From the NCBI GenBank assembly GCA_002269645.1, contig NIVC01001558.1, forward strand, positions 124,001 to 188,000: 64,000 nt of DNA, read 5' to 3'. Below are positions 1 to 9,786 of the stretch, one piece after another; position 1 is the stretch's first letter, and each line of letters opens with the position of its first letter. Under the pieces are notes generated by a model. That model did not search any database. It worked only from the letters and a program-made list of their open reading frames with translations, and was not told the origin of the DNA. Made by a program: the position numbers and the translations under genes. This DNA comes from Macrostomum lignano (taxonomy: Eukaryota).

Positions 1-1333
1 TCTATTATTCCCTTACCTTTCCTTTCTTATATCTCCTTTTTTATTCCCTCATCTCTAGGACTGTAGTCATGCTCTAAGTTCTCTATCTGGCCCTTAAGAT
101 AAAAAGTTTGCCAACTTATGACAAGTGAAATGAGCAAGCATGAAAAAACAGTATGCTTATTAATTGCCACTAGAACCCCTGGTAAACAAGGTGCAAGAAA
201 ATCTCATTTTATATAACCTTCAGCACCTTGACAATTAAATACTAGGAAAAAGGACAATTAGAAAATTGTACTATGCTTGGTTTTTATTAGCTTATGCCAG
301 TTATGTCAATAAGAGTGCTAGCCTTTATACTTTAATATAGACTATACATTGGTATTGAATTCAGAGCACAAAATAGTTTTCTAAAATCTATTGAAAATAT
401 ATACACAAAATTTAGGCTTACTTTCAGATATTCAAATTTTGTGTAATCAATTGAAAATTGGCCTCCTTTGATGGCAGTGTGAACAAGCCTTAAATAAAGT
501 ATTCATATAACAATATATTAAATTTTCTAAAAAACTTTTTATTTACCTGATAGAAGCAATATGGGATCTATTATGTTAAACTGGCATATTTTCTTAATTT
601 AATGACAACAAATTTTCTGTTACACCACTGGCAACTACTAACTAGATTTGCCTGATAAGTAGATGTTAAAAATATATACACAAAATAGTATCAACAGACT
701 TCTGTCTAGCTACACATTTTTTCGCTTTCCTTTTCATGTGACGTCTATTGACATTGACATTGTATAAGGGCCTGACAATGTACATGATATACAAAAAACT
801 TCATTTTTTAAAAGGCTTGCTTGTGCCTTATGGCATGCTGTAATGGAAACCTAAGCCTTAATATGCATTCGCACAAGTTATTTTGATTCTTGAATCCGCT
901 ATACCAAAATGAAGTCAGTCAGGAAGCTGTGCCACCTAGTGAACTATTTAATCACCCAAAATCAGTGTAGGCCTACGCGTAAATGAGGAAAAATACTAGC
1001 ACCAGTGTAGTGAGCAAGTACAAAGTCTTAAAATGCCTATTTACTACAATCATTACAATCGGCATTCGCAGTTTTCAATTATGTACAAATCGATCAAATG
1101 TCATCTATTTCTTAGAAATAGTATCTTTTGAACATTTAAAAAGAAAAACAAAAATTTCACAGGAAGATCGAAAATATTGTTATTAGCCTGATAAGAGAAT
1201 TATTATTAAACAATAAAAATAAGACGCAGACCTAGAAGTTAACCTCTACACGGTTAGTTGTTTTTAGAATTTTAGAACTTTAAGTAATAAAGGACACGGT
1301 ATGTACAGACAATATTTCAGTTTAATTAGAAAT

Positions 1334-1502
1334 AGGGGCGTAGCCAAGAGGGGGGACACCGGGGACATGTCTCCCTGGGGGAGATAATTTTTTACTGCTT
1401 TTGTATCTGCTTTTGGTTTCTACACGTCATTTAATAATGAGATGGATTGATGTCTCTCGATCTGTCCCAGCCACCTTGACGTGAATCCTGGCTACTACAC
1501 GC
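1334..1502. mobile_element. Possible degenerate MITE (AGGGGCGTAGCC-type end)
   Basis: AGGGGCGTAGCCA.. at the left and a decayed ..CCTGGCTACTACAC at the right; a related G-rich end in reverse orientation near 42660-42752. Confidence 0.35.
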
Positions 1503-2594
1503 TTACTTAGAAAATGGTAGTTGCAACTAAAATTTAATTTTAACTAAGTCTAGTAAATTCCAACTAATTAAGCAGCTAAAAAAGCCTTTTAATCGCCCTA
1601 TATTTATGCCGAGTCAATCTACTTAAATGGCATATATATTTAATATGTACAAAATATCGAAAAAGATCAGTTATTTCCACAAAATCTCTATAAGTTGGCA
1701 CATAAAAATCCATATAAAAACTAATATAAAAAGGTATTTCCAATAGACTAAATATTCTTCCGATGGCTGCAACTAGTCAGAATAAGCTTTTCTTTCGATC
1801 CAAACATTGGAAAAGTCGATCCAATACATGTATGCGTGTTGAGTTTTCCGTAGTGTAATTCCGTAGTGTCAGCTTGATCCAAAAGCCAAGGAGTAATCAA
1901 GATAAAATAAGATTTTTTCAACTTTTGAAAATGTACATACACTTATATGTAGTTATATATTTAGATACGTAGATTTCGAGTTATGCATTACGACTCTGAT
2001 CTCTACGAACTAAAAGTATGTACTCGTTAAACCTTTATTCGCAGTTTGAAATTTTAGAAAAAAGGATAATAAATTTACATGATGCATGTTTGACCACCAT
2101 ATCAGGATAGGGGTGCAATTTGGTACAAATATTTTCGCCAGACGGTTAGATTTCGCCTGTCGCTCATCTGCTGATCCATACGCATAGGTTTTGGTGAATT
2201 TCGGGTCGGGAAGTTGAAAGCCTTCCTACTGTACTATGCAATTCTGTTTTTTACGGTATGAAACGGGCGGAAATCTGCGTTACGCTTTTGAGGATTTGCA
2301 CCTCCGGTGTACGGACGGAATGCCAACTGAGCACGAGCAATACAACATGGTGGTGTTACAAAAACATTACAAAATACAGCAATGGTTACGGAAAGTAGTG
2401 CACGACGGAGCGCGCGGCGCGCGCGAACACAAAAACGACAAAGGACGCGCAGAAGTGATACGATGGATGAGGCAAACACAGAACAAGGATGACAAGGTGG
2501 ATGAGGCAAAGGATGCAGAGCAGAGGCACGGAACAGAGGCACAGTCCGGACAACTGCGGGCAAACGACGCCAAGCGTCAAGGGCGGCGGGACAC

Positions 2595-3140
2595 GGCGCG
2601 GCGCGCCAAGGCGGAAGGGAGAAACCGGCGCAAGAGCGCCCAAGGCGGAGACACGGCGCAGCGCGCCAGGCGGAGAACGGCGCAGCGCGCCAAGGCAGAG
2701 ACGGCGCAACGCGCCAGGCGGAGAATGGCGCAGCGCGCCAAGGCAGAGACGGCGCAGCGCGCCAGGCAGGAACGGCGCCACGCGCCAAGGCAGGAAACGG
2801 CGCAAGGGCGCCACGGCAGAGAACGGCGCCACGCGCCAAACAGAGGACGGCGCCACGCGCCAGGCAGAGACGCGCAGGGGCGCCAAGGCAGGAAACGGCG
2901 ACAGGGCGCCACGGCAGGGAACGGCGCCACGCGCCAAGGCAGAGAACGGCGCCACGCGCCAGGCAGAGGATGGCGCTACGCGCCAAGGCAGAGGATGGCG
3001 CTACGCGCCAAAGGCAGAGGACGGCGCTACGCGCCAAGGTAGAGGATGGCGCTACGCGCCAAAGGCAGAGGACGGCGCTACGCGCCAAGGTAGAGGACGG
3101 CGCAGCGCGCCAGGCGGAGGACGGCGCTACGCGCCAAAGG
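2595..3140. repeat. GC-rich array of ~22 mini inverted repeats (GGCGC-NNN-GCGCC) with purine-rich linkers, period ~24 bp
   Basis: Units ggcgcAGCgcgcc, ggcgcCACgcgcc, ggcgcTACgcgcc joined by linkers such as aaggcagagac, aggcggagaac, aaggtagaggat. Confidence 0.9.
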
Positions 3141-3769
3141 CAGAGAGAGCGTGCGTGCGGTGTGGTGTGTGTGTGTGTAGTGCTTACTTTTACCCCACAA
3201 GTATTATATATATCTAGCTACATTATGAAATTTGCGAAATTTAATGATCAATTGCAGTTGATTTTTGAAGTAAACGACGCTGACCTGATCAGCCAGCTGC
3301 GCAGCGTTACGCTGCACTCGTCAATGAGCTGACCAGGGTCGCGCTGCACTGAGCTAGCTATGTTCCTATATGCATTATTTTATGCCATATTTATGCATTA
3401 ATTTTTTAGTTTACTTTTGAATATTTGAGCTAAGGCTAATGTCTTATCTACTATTTGTTTCTAGCGCCGTAGTGTATTCTATAGACTACGGCAACGCCGA
3501 CCAGGTGCAGTCGGAGTTGGGTGCTGCGATATTATATATATTCTTGCGTTAGAACAATATAGTATTTATACTGTCGGCATATTATGCTAATTCTGCTAGT
3601 GTTTTATTTTTATTTTATTTATTTTAGTTAGCTATATAAATTATCAAATTGCAATGTCGCTGCAGTTTATCCCCTTGACTACGGTGGTTGGCTGTTGGCT
3701 GGTACAGCTGTGGAAGTTGTGCACACTAGTATCTGGCAGTGAGTAACAGCTGTGGCTTGTGTTTTGGGG

Positions 3770-4010
3770 CTTGCGGCTGGCAGATGCCGCAGGGACCTGT
3801 GACCAACAGGTGCCACAGGAGGTAGTTTAACGCCTTGCCCGGGGCGTGAGCTTGCGGTCTACAGGTGCCGCAGAGACCTGTGGCTGACAGGTGCCACAGG
3901 AGGTAGTTTTACGCCTTGCCCGGGGCGTGAGCTTGCGGTCTACAGGTGCCGCAGAGACCTGTGGCTGACAGGTGCCACAGGAGGTAGTTTTACGCCTTGC
4001 CCGGGGCGTG
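3770..4010. repeat. 81-bp tandem repeat x~3 just downstream of the integrase stop
   Basis: CAGGTGCCACAGGAGG recurs at 3807, 3888, 3969. Confidence 0.9.
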
Positions 4011-4022
4011 AAAAACTGGCGG

Positions 4023-6092
4023 TTAGTGTCTGCTTCCCCACTGCTGGAGCAGGTCGGACACTTGACAGGTCCGGTACCTGACAGGCGGGCGGATGGGGCG
4101 TCCGTACCTGGATCTGGGTACGTCAGCCGGGGCTGGTGGCTCAGCTGCTTGCGCAGCGACTGGATTCGCAGCAATCTCAGGTGGTTCTAATTGCTCGGAG
4201 GAAGGGTCCCCCAAGGAAGCCGTGTACAGCGACTCTGAGCTGTCTTGGCTGTGGCTGGTGTCAGTGTCTGTGCTGTCAGTGTCAGTGTCTGGTTGTGGCT
4301 GTCCCTCAATAGCTACAGCATCGCCAGCTTCGGCGAATGGTTGGCCTTCTCCCGCTTCAGCTCCCGCTCCCTCCTCAAAGGCGCCTGAAGCTGGCGGTGG
4401 TGGATTTGGCCCTGGCGCTCTGCGTGGGCTCTCTGGCCGGGCAGAGGAAGGCTGGGGAATGGTGACGAGGCTAAGCTCGCTCGCGGGTCCGCTGGGCGGG
4501 TTCACACTAGGCGCTGGAGACCTGGCATGGGTGGCCTCACCATACCGGTCAACTACGTCTTGGTAAGTGGGCTGTCTGATGCACGGTTTGAGGCGGTCAA
4601 TGTTGTAAATGTTATGGCGCGGATTTGGCACCCGATCTGCTGGGTTTAGGAGACCATACTCGGGGACTAAACGGTAAGTCCGCTCGGAGCAGCGCTGCAC
4701 TACTCGGTATGGCCCCAACCACACAGCGGGTTCTATGCCCTTGTGGTTCGGGTTCAAGACCCAGACTAACTCTCCCTCGTGGAACTCAGCGCGGAGGGCG
4801 CGGCGGTCGTAATACCTTTTCTGCCTCTCCTGGGCTTTACCCCTAGTGCGGCGGGCTAGGGCAGAGGTTTCGACTAGCGTGCGGTGCAACTGGTGGGCGT
4901 ACCTCTCCGGCTGGTAGTGTTCATTTGGCGGTGGATTGTGACAGAGGTCGAGCGGTAGTTCGAACTCACGCCCGAAGAAAAGTTTGGCTGGAGTAAATCC
5001 GGTGGATTCGGCGACTGAGGCACGGATTGACAGGGCGGCCAGGCGGCTGGCAAGGGGCCAGTCGCATTGTCTCTCAAGACAGATGGCTCTAATCTGGGCT
5101 TTCACCGTCTGGATCATCCTCTCAGCTTTACCGTTAGCCTGAGGGCGACGGGCTGTGATCCGACCCATGTCAATCTGTAGGAGCCTAGTTAATTCTATCA
5201 TGGTACTATTGATGAAGGCAGTTCCGTTATCAGACACCAGCTGCTCCATCACCCCATACCTGGCAACCCATTCAGTCAGGATGGTTGTGGCAGTGGTCTC
5301 TGCGCTGACGTCGGGAACAGGGACTACTTCAACAAACCCGGTGAACCTGTCGATCATAACCAGCAGGTACTTGTACCCGTCACACTCTTCGAACGGGCCT
5401 GCGTGGTCCACGTGGACAACCTGGTTCGGGTAGCCGGACAGTTCTGGTTGCATAGGGGCCTTGAGCTTACGCTTTGACTTCTTAGTCTTAGCGCAAACGG
5501 TGCATTCGGCCAGGACCCCCTTGACTATAGTATCTAAGTCGGAAATAACGAAGCGCGCCTTCAGGGCGGCCATCGTCTTGGTGATACCGCAATGGTTCAA
5601 CTGGCCATGATACTGAAGGACCAGATGACCGACGTCTGCGGTCTCAGGCACCACCAGGCGCCTGTTGGCAGTTTTGGCTTTGGAGGATTTGGCTAAGTAC
5701 AATAGGCCCTCGACTACTTCAAGGTCATTGAATTGAGCCCAGAGTGCGCGCATTTCCCGGCTACAACCCTGCAGTTCGGCCTTGGACAATGGCTCAGTCT
5801 TACACTGGACACTGGCGATTAGGCGCGCCATGTCAACACAGGAGTCCTGGGCATTCTGGGCCCAGATGAGCTCAGGTGGCACTTGGGATTCGGTTTCAGG
5901 TTGACGGGATTCAGTCTCTGGGCTAGGAACAGCACCGCTAGCAGTAGCGCGGACATTCGGCGTTGGTTCAGCCGGGGCATCTGTGTCAGTCTGACACGCT
6001 ACGCTAATGCCTATGGTCTGGACGCACACCTGACGCAGTTCTCTAGAGGGGGCGTACGCCGGTGCTTTGGGTCTTGGTCCAGGAATTTCCCT
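4023..6092 (-). CDS. int: Gypsy integrase (HHCC, DDE core, GPY/F module, Pro/acidic tail)
   Basis: HGQLNHCG..CTVC; VHVDHAGP, VSDNGTAF, NGKAERMIQTVK; WLGPYRVV; C-terminal RSRYGRPIRPPVRY. Frame opens at 6092 and is -1 relative to pol. Confidence 0.93.
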   Translation of the reverse strand, partial: REIPGPRPKAPAYAPSRELRQVCVQTIGISVACQTDTDAPAEPTPNVRATASGAVPSPETESRQPETESQVPPELIWAQNAQDSCVDMARLIASVQCKTEPLSKAELQGCSREMRALWAQFNDLEVVEGLLYLAKSSKAKTANRRLVVPETADVGHLVLQYHGQLNHCGITKTMAALKARFVISDLDTIVKGVLAECTVCAKTKKSKRKLKAPMQPELSGYPNQVVHVDHAGPFEECDGYKYLLVMIDRFTGFVEVVPVPDVSAETTATTILTEWVARYGVMEQLVSDNGTAFINSTMIELTRLLQIDMGRITARRPQANGKAERMIQTVKAQIRAICLERQCDWPLASRLAALSIRASVAESTGFTPAKLFFGREFELPLDLCHNPPPNEHYQPERYAHQLHRTLVETSALARRTRGKAQERQKRYYDRRALRAEFHEGELVWVLNPNHKGIEPAVWLGPYRVVQRCSERTYRLVPEYGLLNPADRVPNPRHNIYNIDRLKPCIRQPTYQDVVDRYGEATHARSPAPSVNPPSGPASELSLVTIPQPSSARPESPRRAPGPNPPPPASGAFEEGAGAEAGEGQPFAEAGDAVAIEGQPQPDTDTDSTDTDTSHSQDSSESLYTASLGDPSSEQLEPPEIAANPVAAQAAEPPAPADVPRSRYGRPIRPPVRYRTCQVSDLLQQWGSRH

Positions 6093-8758
6093 TTAAATTC
6101 CGGAATCTGGCTGCACGTCGGGCAGTCAAAGTGATCGGCTCTGAATTTTGGCAGTCTACTAAGAGCGTCAGCAGGCACGTGGTCAACGCCTGGACGGTAC
6201 TGGACTGTGAAATCGTATTCGGCTATTCGTTCTAGAGTGGACTGCTGGACCTTCAGCGGGTACAGTTCAATGGTGGCAAGCCATTGGGCCAGCATACCAG
6301 TGGCATGCTTCTTAGAATGCAGCCATTTGAGCGCGGCCGCGTCCACCCGGACAGTGAAAGGCTTGTCTAATAGATAAGGACGGAAATGCTCGAGCATCAG
6401 AACGAGCCCTAGCAACTCCCTCATGGTGGCGCAGTAGTTTCTCTGGCTACTGTTGAATTTTTTGGATGCGTAAGCTATAACTTGCTCTTGGCCATCTGGC
6501 CCGAGCTGGTACAGCACACCCCCAGTGCCGTCAAGCGAGCTATCGCAGTCCAAAATAAATTCGCGCCCTTTGGCAGAGAGGTCTGGATACGCCAGAATCG
6601 GTGGTGAACAGAGGCTATGTTTGAGTTCTTGGAAAGCCCGTTCATGATGCGGTTGCCATAGAAACGGAGCATCCTTTTTGGCTAAGGCATACAAAGGCGT
6701 GGCGATGATTGAGAATCGCGGCACGAATTTCCGGTAATAATTCGCAAATCCCAAGAATGATAGAAGCTGTTTCTTAGAAAGCGGTTTAGGCCAGTCTTGG
6801 ACAGCCTGAGTCTTCGCTGGGTCAGCCTCAATGCCCCGGCTAGACACAACGAACCCCAGGAATGCGACCTTGTCCTTAAACAGCTCACACTTAGACGGCT
6901 TAATTTTGAGACCGGCTTTTCTAAGCTGCCAGAGGACCAGCGCGAGATGCGCGATCATTTGGTCGTTGTTGACAGCCTTAATGATAATGTCGTCTAAATA
7001 GATGAGGCTGACCTTCATCAGGAGAGGTCTAAACACCTTGTGCATCAGTTTCGCGAAATTGGCAGGTGCCGTCTTGATCCCGAATGGTACTACCTTCCAG
7101 CGGAAGGTGCCTTGGGGGCAGGCAAAGGCGGTGTAATCTCTAGCCTCCTCTTTGATCCCTACCTGCCAGTACGCGGAGGTCAGGTCAAGGCTAGAGAATA
7201 CAGTGGCCCCGGCAAGGCTGTCAAAAGATTCTTCTATGAGTGGCAGAGGGAAGCTACACGGCTTGATGAGCTTATTGACGGCCCTATAGTCTATGCAAAG
7301 GCGTTGAGTGCCGTCCTTCTTCTTGACCAGAACGATAGGCGACACCCAGTCAGAGTCACACTCCTCAATGACCCCCTGTTCGAGCATCTGCGCTATGTTC
7401 TGGTCTAAGAATTCTTTTTGTGCTGGCGTGGTGCGCCTGTATGGTTGCGCAACAGGCTTGGCCTTAGGATCTATTAACTCTATGCCCATCTCGTGTAAAT
7501 TGGTGTGGCCTAAATCTGCGTTTGATCTAGAAATTTGGCTATTGAAGTAGTTGAGCAGTTTCAAAACGGTGGCGAGTTGGCCCCTAGACAATTTGGCTTG
7601 GTCTAGTTGGAACTGCGTTGTCAGCCATTTGGCTAACTCCCTACTAGGCGGCGGCAGCTTACTGAGTTGGCTGGTGAGGTTAGCTACATTGTCCAGGCTA
7701 AAGTCAGACTCCTTCAGGGTCGTCTGAGCTATGACCTCATGACTATCTAATTCCTGGAATGAGGCAATTTCTTGCCCCCTAGTTATCTGAATAGGCTGTT
7801 CCCCACTGTTGAGCACGCGCACTAGTATGTGGTTAGTATCGCTAACTGAGTCTAGAGTCTTGGCTACCAACTGTTCGGTCTCTGGTCCGAGGATCCGGGA
7901 CATGACTATACCGGAGGTGTACGGCGAAGAGTCGAGGACACGACTGGGGATCAAGGTTTCCGAGTGCGGGGGCAATTCTACGGTGCCGGCGGCCATCACT
8001 CGTCGGAGTTGGAAAATCCCCTTGTCCCCCTCAATGACTGGTACCGACACCCCTGCTACTAAAGCTCGGCCAGAGTTGAAGTCTAGCAGCATCTCGAAGC
8101 TGCGCAGGAAATCCATGCCTAACAGGGCTTCCGTGGTACAGTAAGCAGTGACTAGGAATACATGTTGTTTAGTCGTATTACCTAAGTTGATTTCGCAGCG
8201 TAGCGACCCTAGGATGTCTACCTGAGAGCCGCCGAAGGCGGTGGCACGCTGCTTATTGGCACTAGGCGTGAATATGTTATTGACGGGGTCAGCTGCGACC
8301 AGTTTGGCTTTCACGTCAGCACCCATGATGCTGGCATTGGCGCCTGAGTCTAGACAGGCCAGAACTTTAGAGTCTCCTACTCCTAGCTGCACGAAATAGC
8401 TAGACTCAAAGGTGTCAGCTGTGTACCCCCCTTGTCGGCATTGTGGATCACTGTCCCCTGGCTGAGGTTGCACATTACAGGCCTTGTCGTGCTGGCGCCC
8501 GGGGTCGACCTGGCGCTGGAATTTCACCCTAGTCCCCCTAAGGCGGTGCTGCTCGACTAGGCTACGCAGGCTGGGAGACAGTTGGCTAATGTGAACGAAC
8601 AATTTCTCTGGCAGGTGCTCAGATTGGATGAACCCGTAATTCTGAGACCATGTGGCAATGGTTCCTAGTTCAGTCGTGACTTTTCCACGGCTGGGCTGCT
8701 GATTTTGGCTCCCCGGGGCTGCTTTGGCGACTGTGGCCTCGGCGAGGGCGATGGACAG
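6011..8758 (-). CDS. pol: Gypsy Pol: cold-shock domain, aspartic protease, dUTPase-like remnant, reverse transcriptase, RNase H
   Basis: Frame is open from 8758 (TGA at 8761-8759), upstream of the track's TTG start at 8602. Motifs: protease LDSGA; RT RLCIDYRAVN, FGIKTAPANF, YLDD; RNase H LDCDSS, MRELLG, VDAAALKWL, ADALSR. In the -1 frame relative to gag. Confidence 0.95.
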   Translation of the reverse strand: MSIALAEATVAKAAPGSQNQQPSRGKVTTELGTIATWSQNYGFIQSEHLPEKLFVHISQLSPSLRSLVEQHRLRGTRVKFQRQVDPGRQHDKACNVQPQPGDSDPQCRQGGYTADTFESSYFVQLGVGDSKVLACLDSGANASIMGADVKAKLVAADPVNNIFTPSANKQRATAFGGSQVDILGSLRCEINLGNTTKQHVFLVTAYCTTEALLGMDFLRSFEMLLDFNSGRALVAGVSVPVIEGDKGIFQLRRVMAAGTVELPPHSETLIPSRVLDSSPYTSGIVMSRILGPETEQLVAKTLDSVSDTNHILVRVLNSGEQPIQITRGQEIASFQELDSHEVIAQTTLKESDFSLDNVANLTSQLSKLPPPSRELAKWLTTQFQLDQAKLSRGQLATVLKLLNYFNSQISRSNADLGHTNLHEMGIELIDPKAKPVAQPYRRTTPAQKEFLDQNIAQMLEQGVIEECDSDWVSPIVLVKKKDGTQRLCIDYRAVNKLIKPCSFPLPLIEESFDSLAGATVFSSLDLTSAYWQVGIKEEARDYTAFACPQGTFRWKVVPFGIKTAPANFAKLMHKVFRPLLMKVSLIYLDDIIIKAVNNDQMIAHLALVLWQLRKAGLKIKPSKCELFKDKVAFLGFVVSSRGIEADPAKTQAVQDWPKPLSKKQLLSFLGFANYYRKFVPRFSIIATPLYALAKKDAPFLWQPHHERAFQELKHSLCSPPILAYPDLSAKGREFILDCDSSLDGTGGVLYQLGPDGQEQVIAYASKKFNSSQRNYCATMRELLGLVLMLEHFRPYLLDKPFTVRVDAAALKWLHSKKHATGMLAQWLATIELYPLKVQQSTLERIAEYDFTVQYRPGVDHVPADALSRLPKFRADHFDCPTCSQIPEFKGKFLDQDPKHRRTPPLENCVRCASRP

Positions 8759-9786
8759 TCAGCGATCAGGTGATCGGTCTGGCCGCATCGATGGCAAGCC
8801 CGCGGAGGGCGAGGAGCTGGCCTAGGTTGTCTATAGGTTTGGCTAACTTGTGGTGGGCCCCCAGTGGGCTCTGTGCGAGCGGGCCCCTGATTGGTAGTGA
8901 CAGGCGGAGTGGTCTGGCTTAATCTATTGGCTTGGTCGGTCACCATCTTCTCAAGCTCAGCGACCCTCTGTTCTAACGCTTTCTTCTCAGCGTCAGGTTC
9001 TATGGCACGAACCTTGGCTATAGTAGAAGGCACGTTCAGAAGCTGGCGGACCCCGACAAGATCTTTGGCCTTCTGCATCAGCTCTTCTGCAGAGGTGGCA
9101 CTGTCGGTTTCCTGATCCCATAAGAGGAGCTTTTCGGCGAGGTCCTTATCCCTCAGCCCATGGCAGAATCTGGCCTTGAGTAGGGGCTTCGCTTCAGCGA
9201 GCGAGAGACCCGCTAGTCTAGAATAGGAGACCAGTCTGTCGAAGAAATCAGACATCTGCTCATTATGAGATTGGGCGGCAGCAACTAATTCTACGTAGGC
9301 CTTGTCCTTCTTCTTGGCATCGGTGTACCTTTCCCTGAGCAGCCGAAGCGCAGATTCGAAAGGCAACTGGTCACACCGGTAATTAAGATATACCTCTTGG
9401 CATTCGGCTGACAGCAAAGATACGAGAATGGCGGACTTCTGGTCCTCAGGAACGCGGCAAGTGGCTAGATACGAAGTAAGCTGAGCTTCCCACGTATCAA
9501 AGTTCATCTTCGGCTGATAAGCGATTGGAGGGCGAAGGCGTATGTCTGGCTTCGCAGGCGGCGAGGAATTTGGCGCTAATGGCGAGGAAACAGCGAGACG
9601 CTCTTCGAGCATCCGGTGAAGAGAGGCTAAGGTTTGAGTCAACAAGAGTTGCTCACTAGGAGCTGGCGCGGCGGCAGCAGCTGCGCCTGCTGGCTGCTCG
9701 CCGGCATCGACTGCGTCCTGATCTGGCACGACGGCATCTCCGTCAGCCAATGACGCTGCGGCATGGTTGTCCCCGTTGTCGGACAT
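8665..9786 (-). CDS. gag: Gypsy Gag (capsid + CCHC zinc knuckle), 373 aa
   Basis: Capsid-like motifs FDTWEAQLTSYL, QSHNEQMSDFFDRL, RFCHGLRD; zinc knuckle CHRCGQTDHLIADC; TAG stop at 8667-8665. Confidence 0.93.
   Translation of the reverse strand: MSDNGDNHAAASLADGDAVVPDQDAVDAGEQPAGAAAAAAPAPSEQLLLTQTLASLHRMLEERLAVSSPLAPNSSPPAKPDIRLRPPIAYQPKMNFDTWEAQLTSYLATCRVPEDQKSAILVSLLSAECQEVYLNYRCDQLPFESALRLLRERYTDAKKKDKAYVELVAAAQSHNEQMSDFFDRLVSYSRLAGLSLAEAKPLLKARFCHGLRDKDLAEKLLLWDQETDSATSAEELMQKAKDLVGVRQLLNVPSTIAKVRAIEPDAEKKALEQRVAELEKMVTDQANRLSQTTPPVTTNQGPARTEPTGGPPQVSQTYRQPRPAPRPPRACHRCGQTDHLIADCPSPSPRPQSPKQPRGAKISSPAVEKSRLN

Noticed and set aside
2323-2340. CCAAC followed by TG as a possible TSD and 3' LTR edge matching CCAAC at 11472
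   Set aside because: Sequence after the TG does not align to the 10644-11471 LTR; probably chance.
2595-3140. CRISPR-like appearance (palindromic repeat plus variable linker)
   Set aside because: Linkers are ~8-12 nt and related to each other, there are no cas genes, and the context is eukaryotic.
2234-3332. Several long overlapping ORFs on both strands (up to 284 aa)
   Set aside because: Shadow ORFs of a GC-rich, stop-poor hairpin array; low-complexity translations in all frames with no domain.
6083-6100. TTTAAAG and GGGAAAT slippery heptamers at the pol/int junction
   Set aside because: They are in register for the third frame, not for the pol-to-int shift, and the first includes the stop that closes the int frame.
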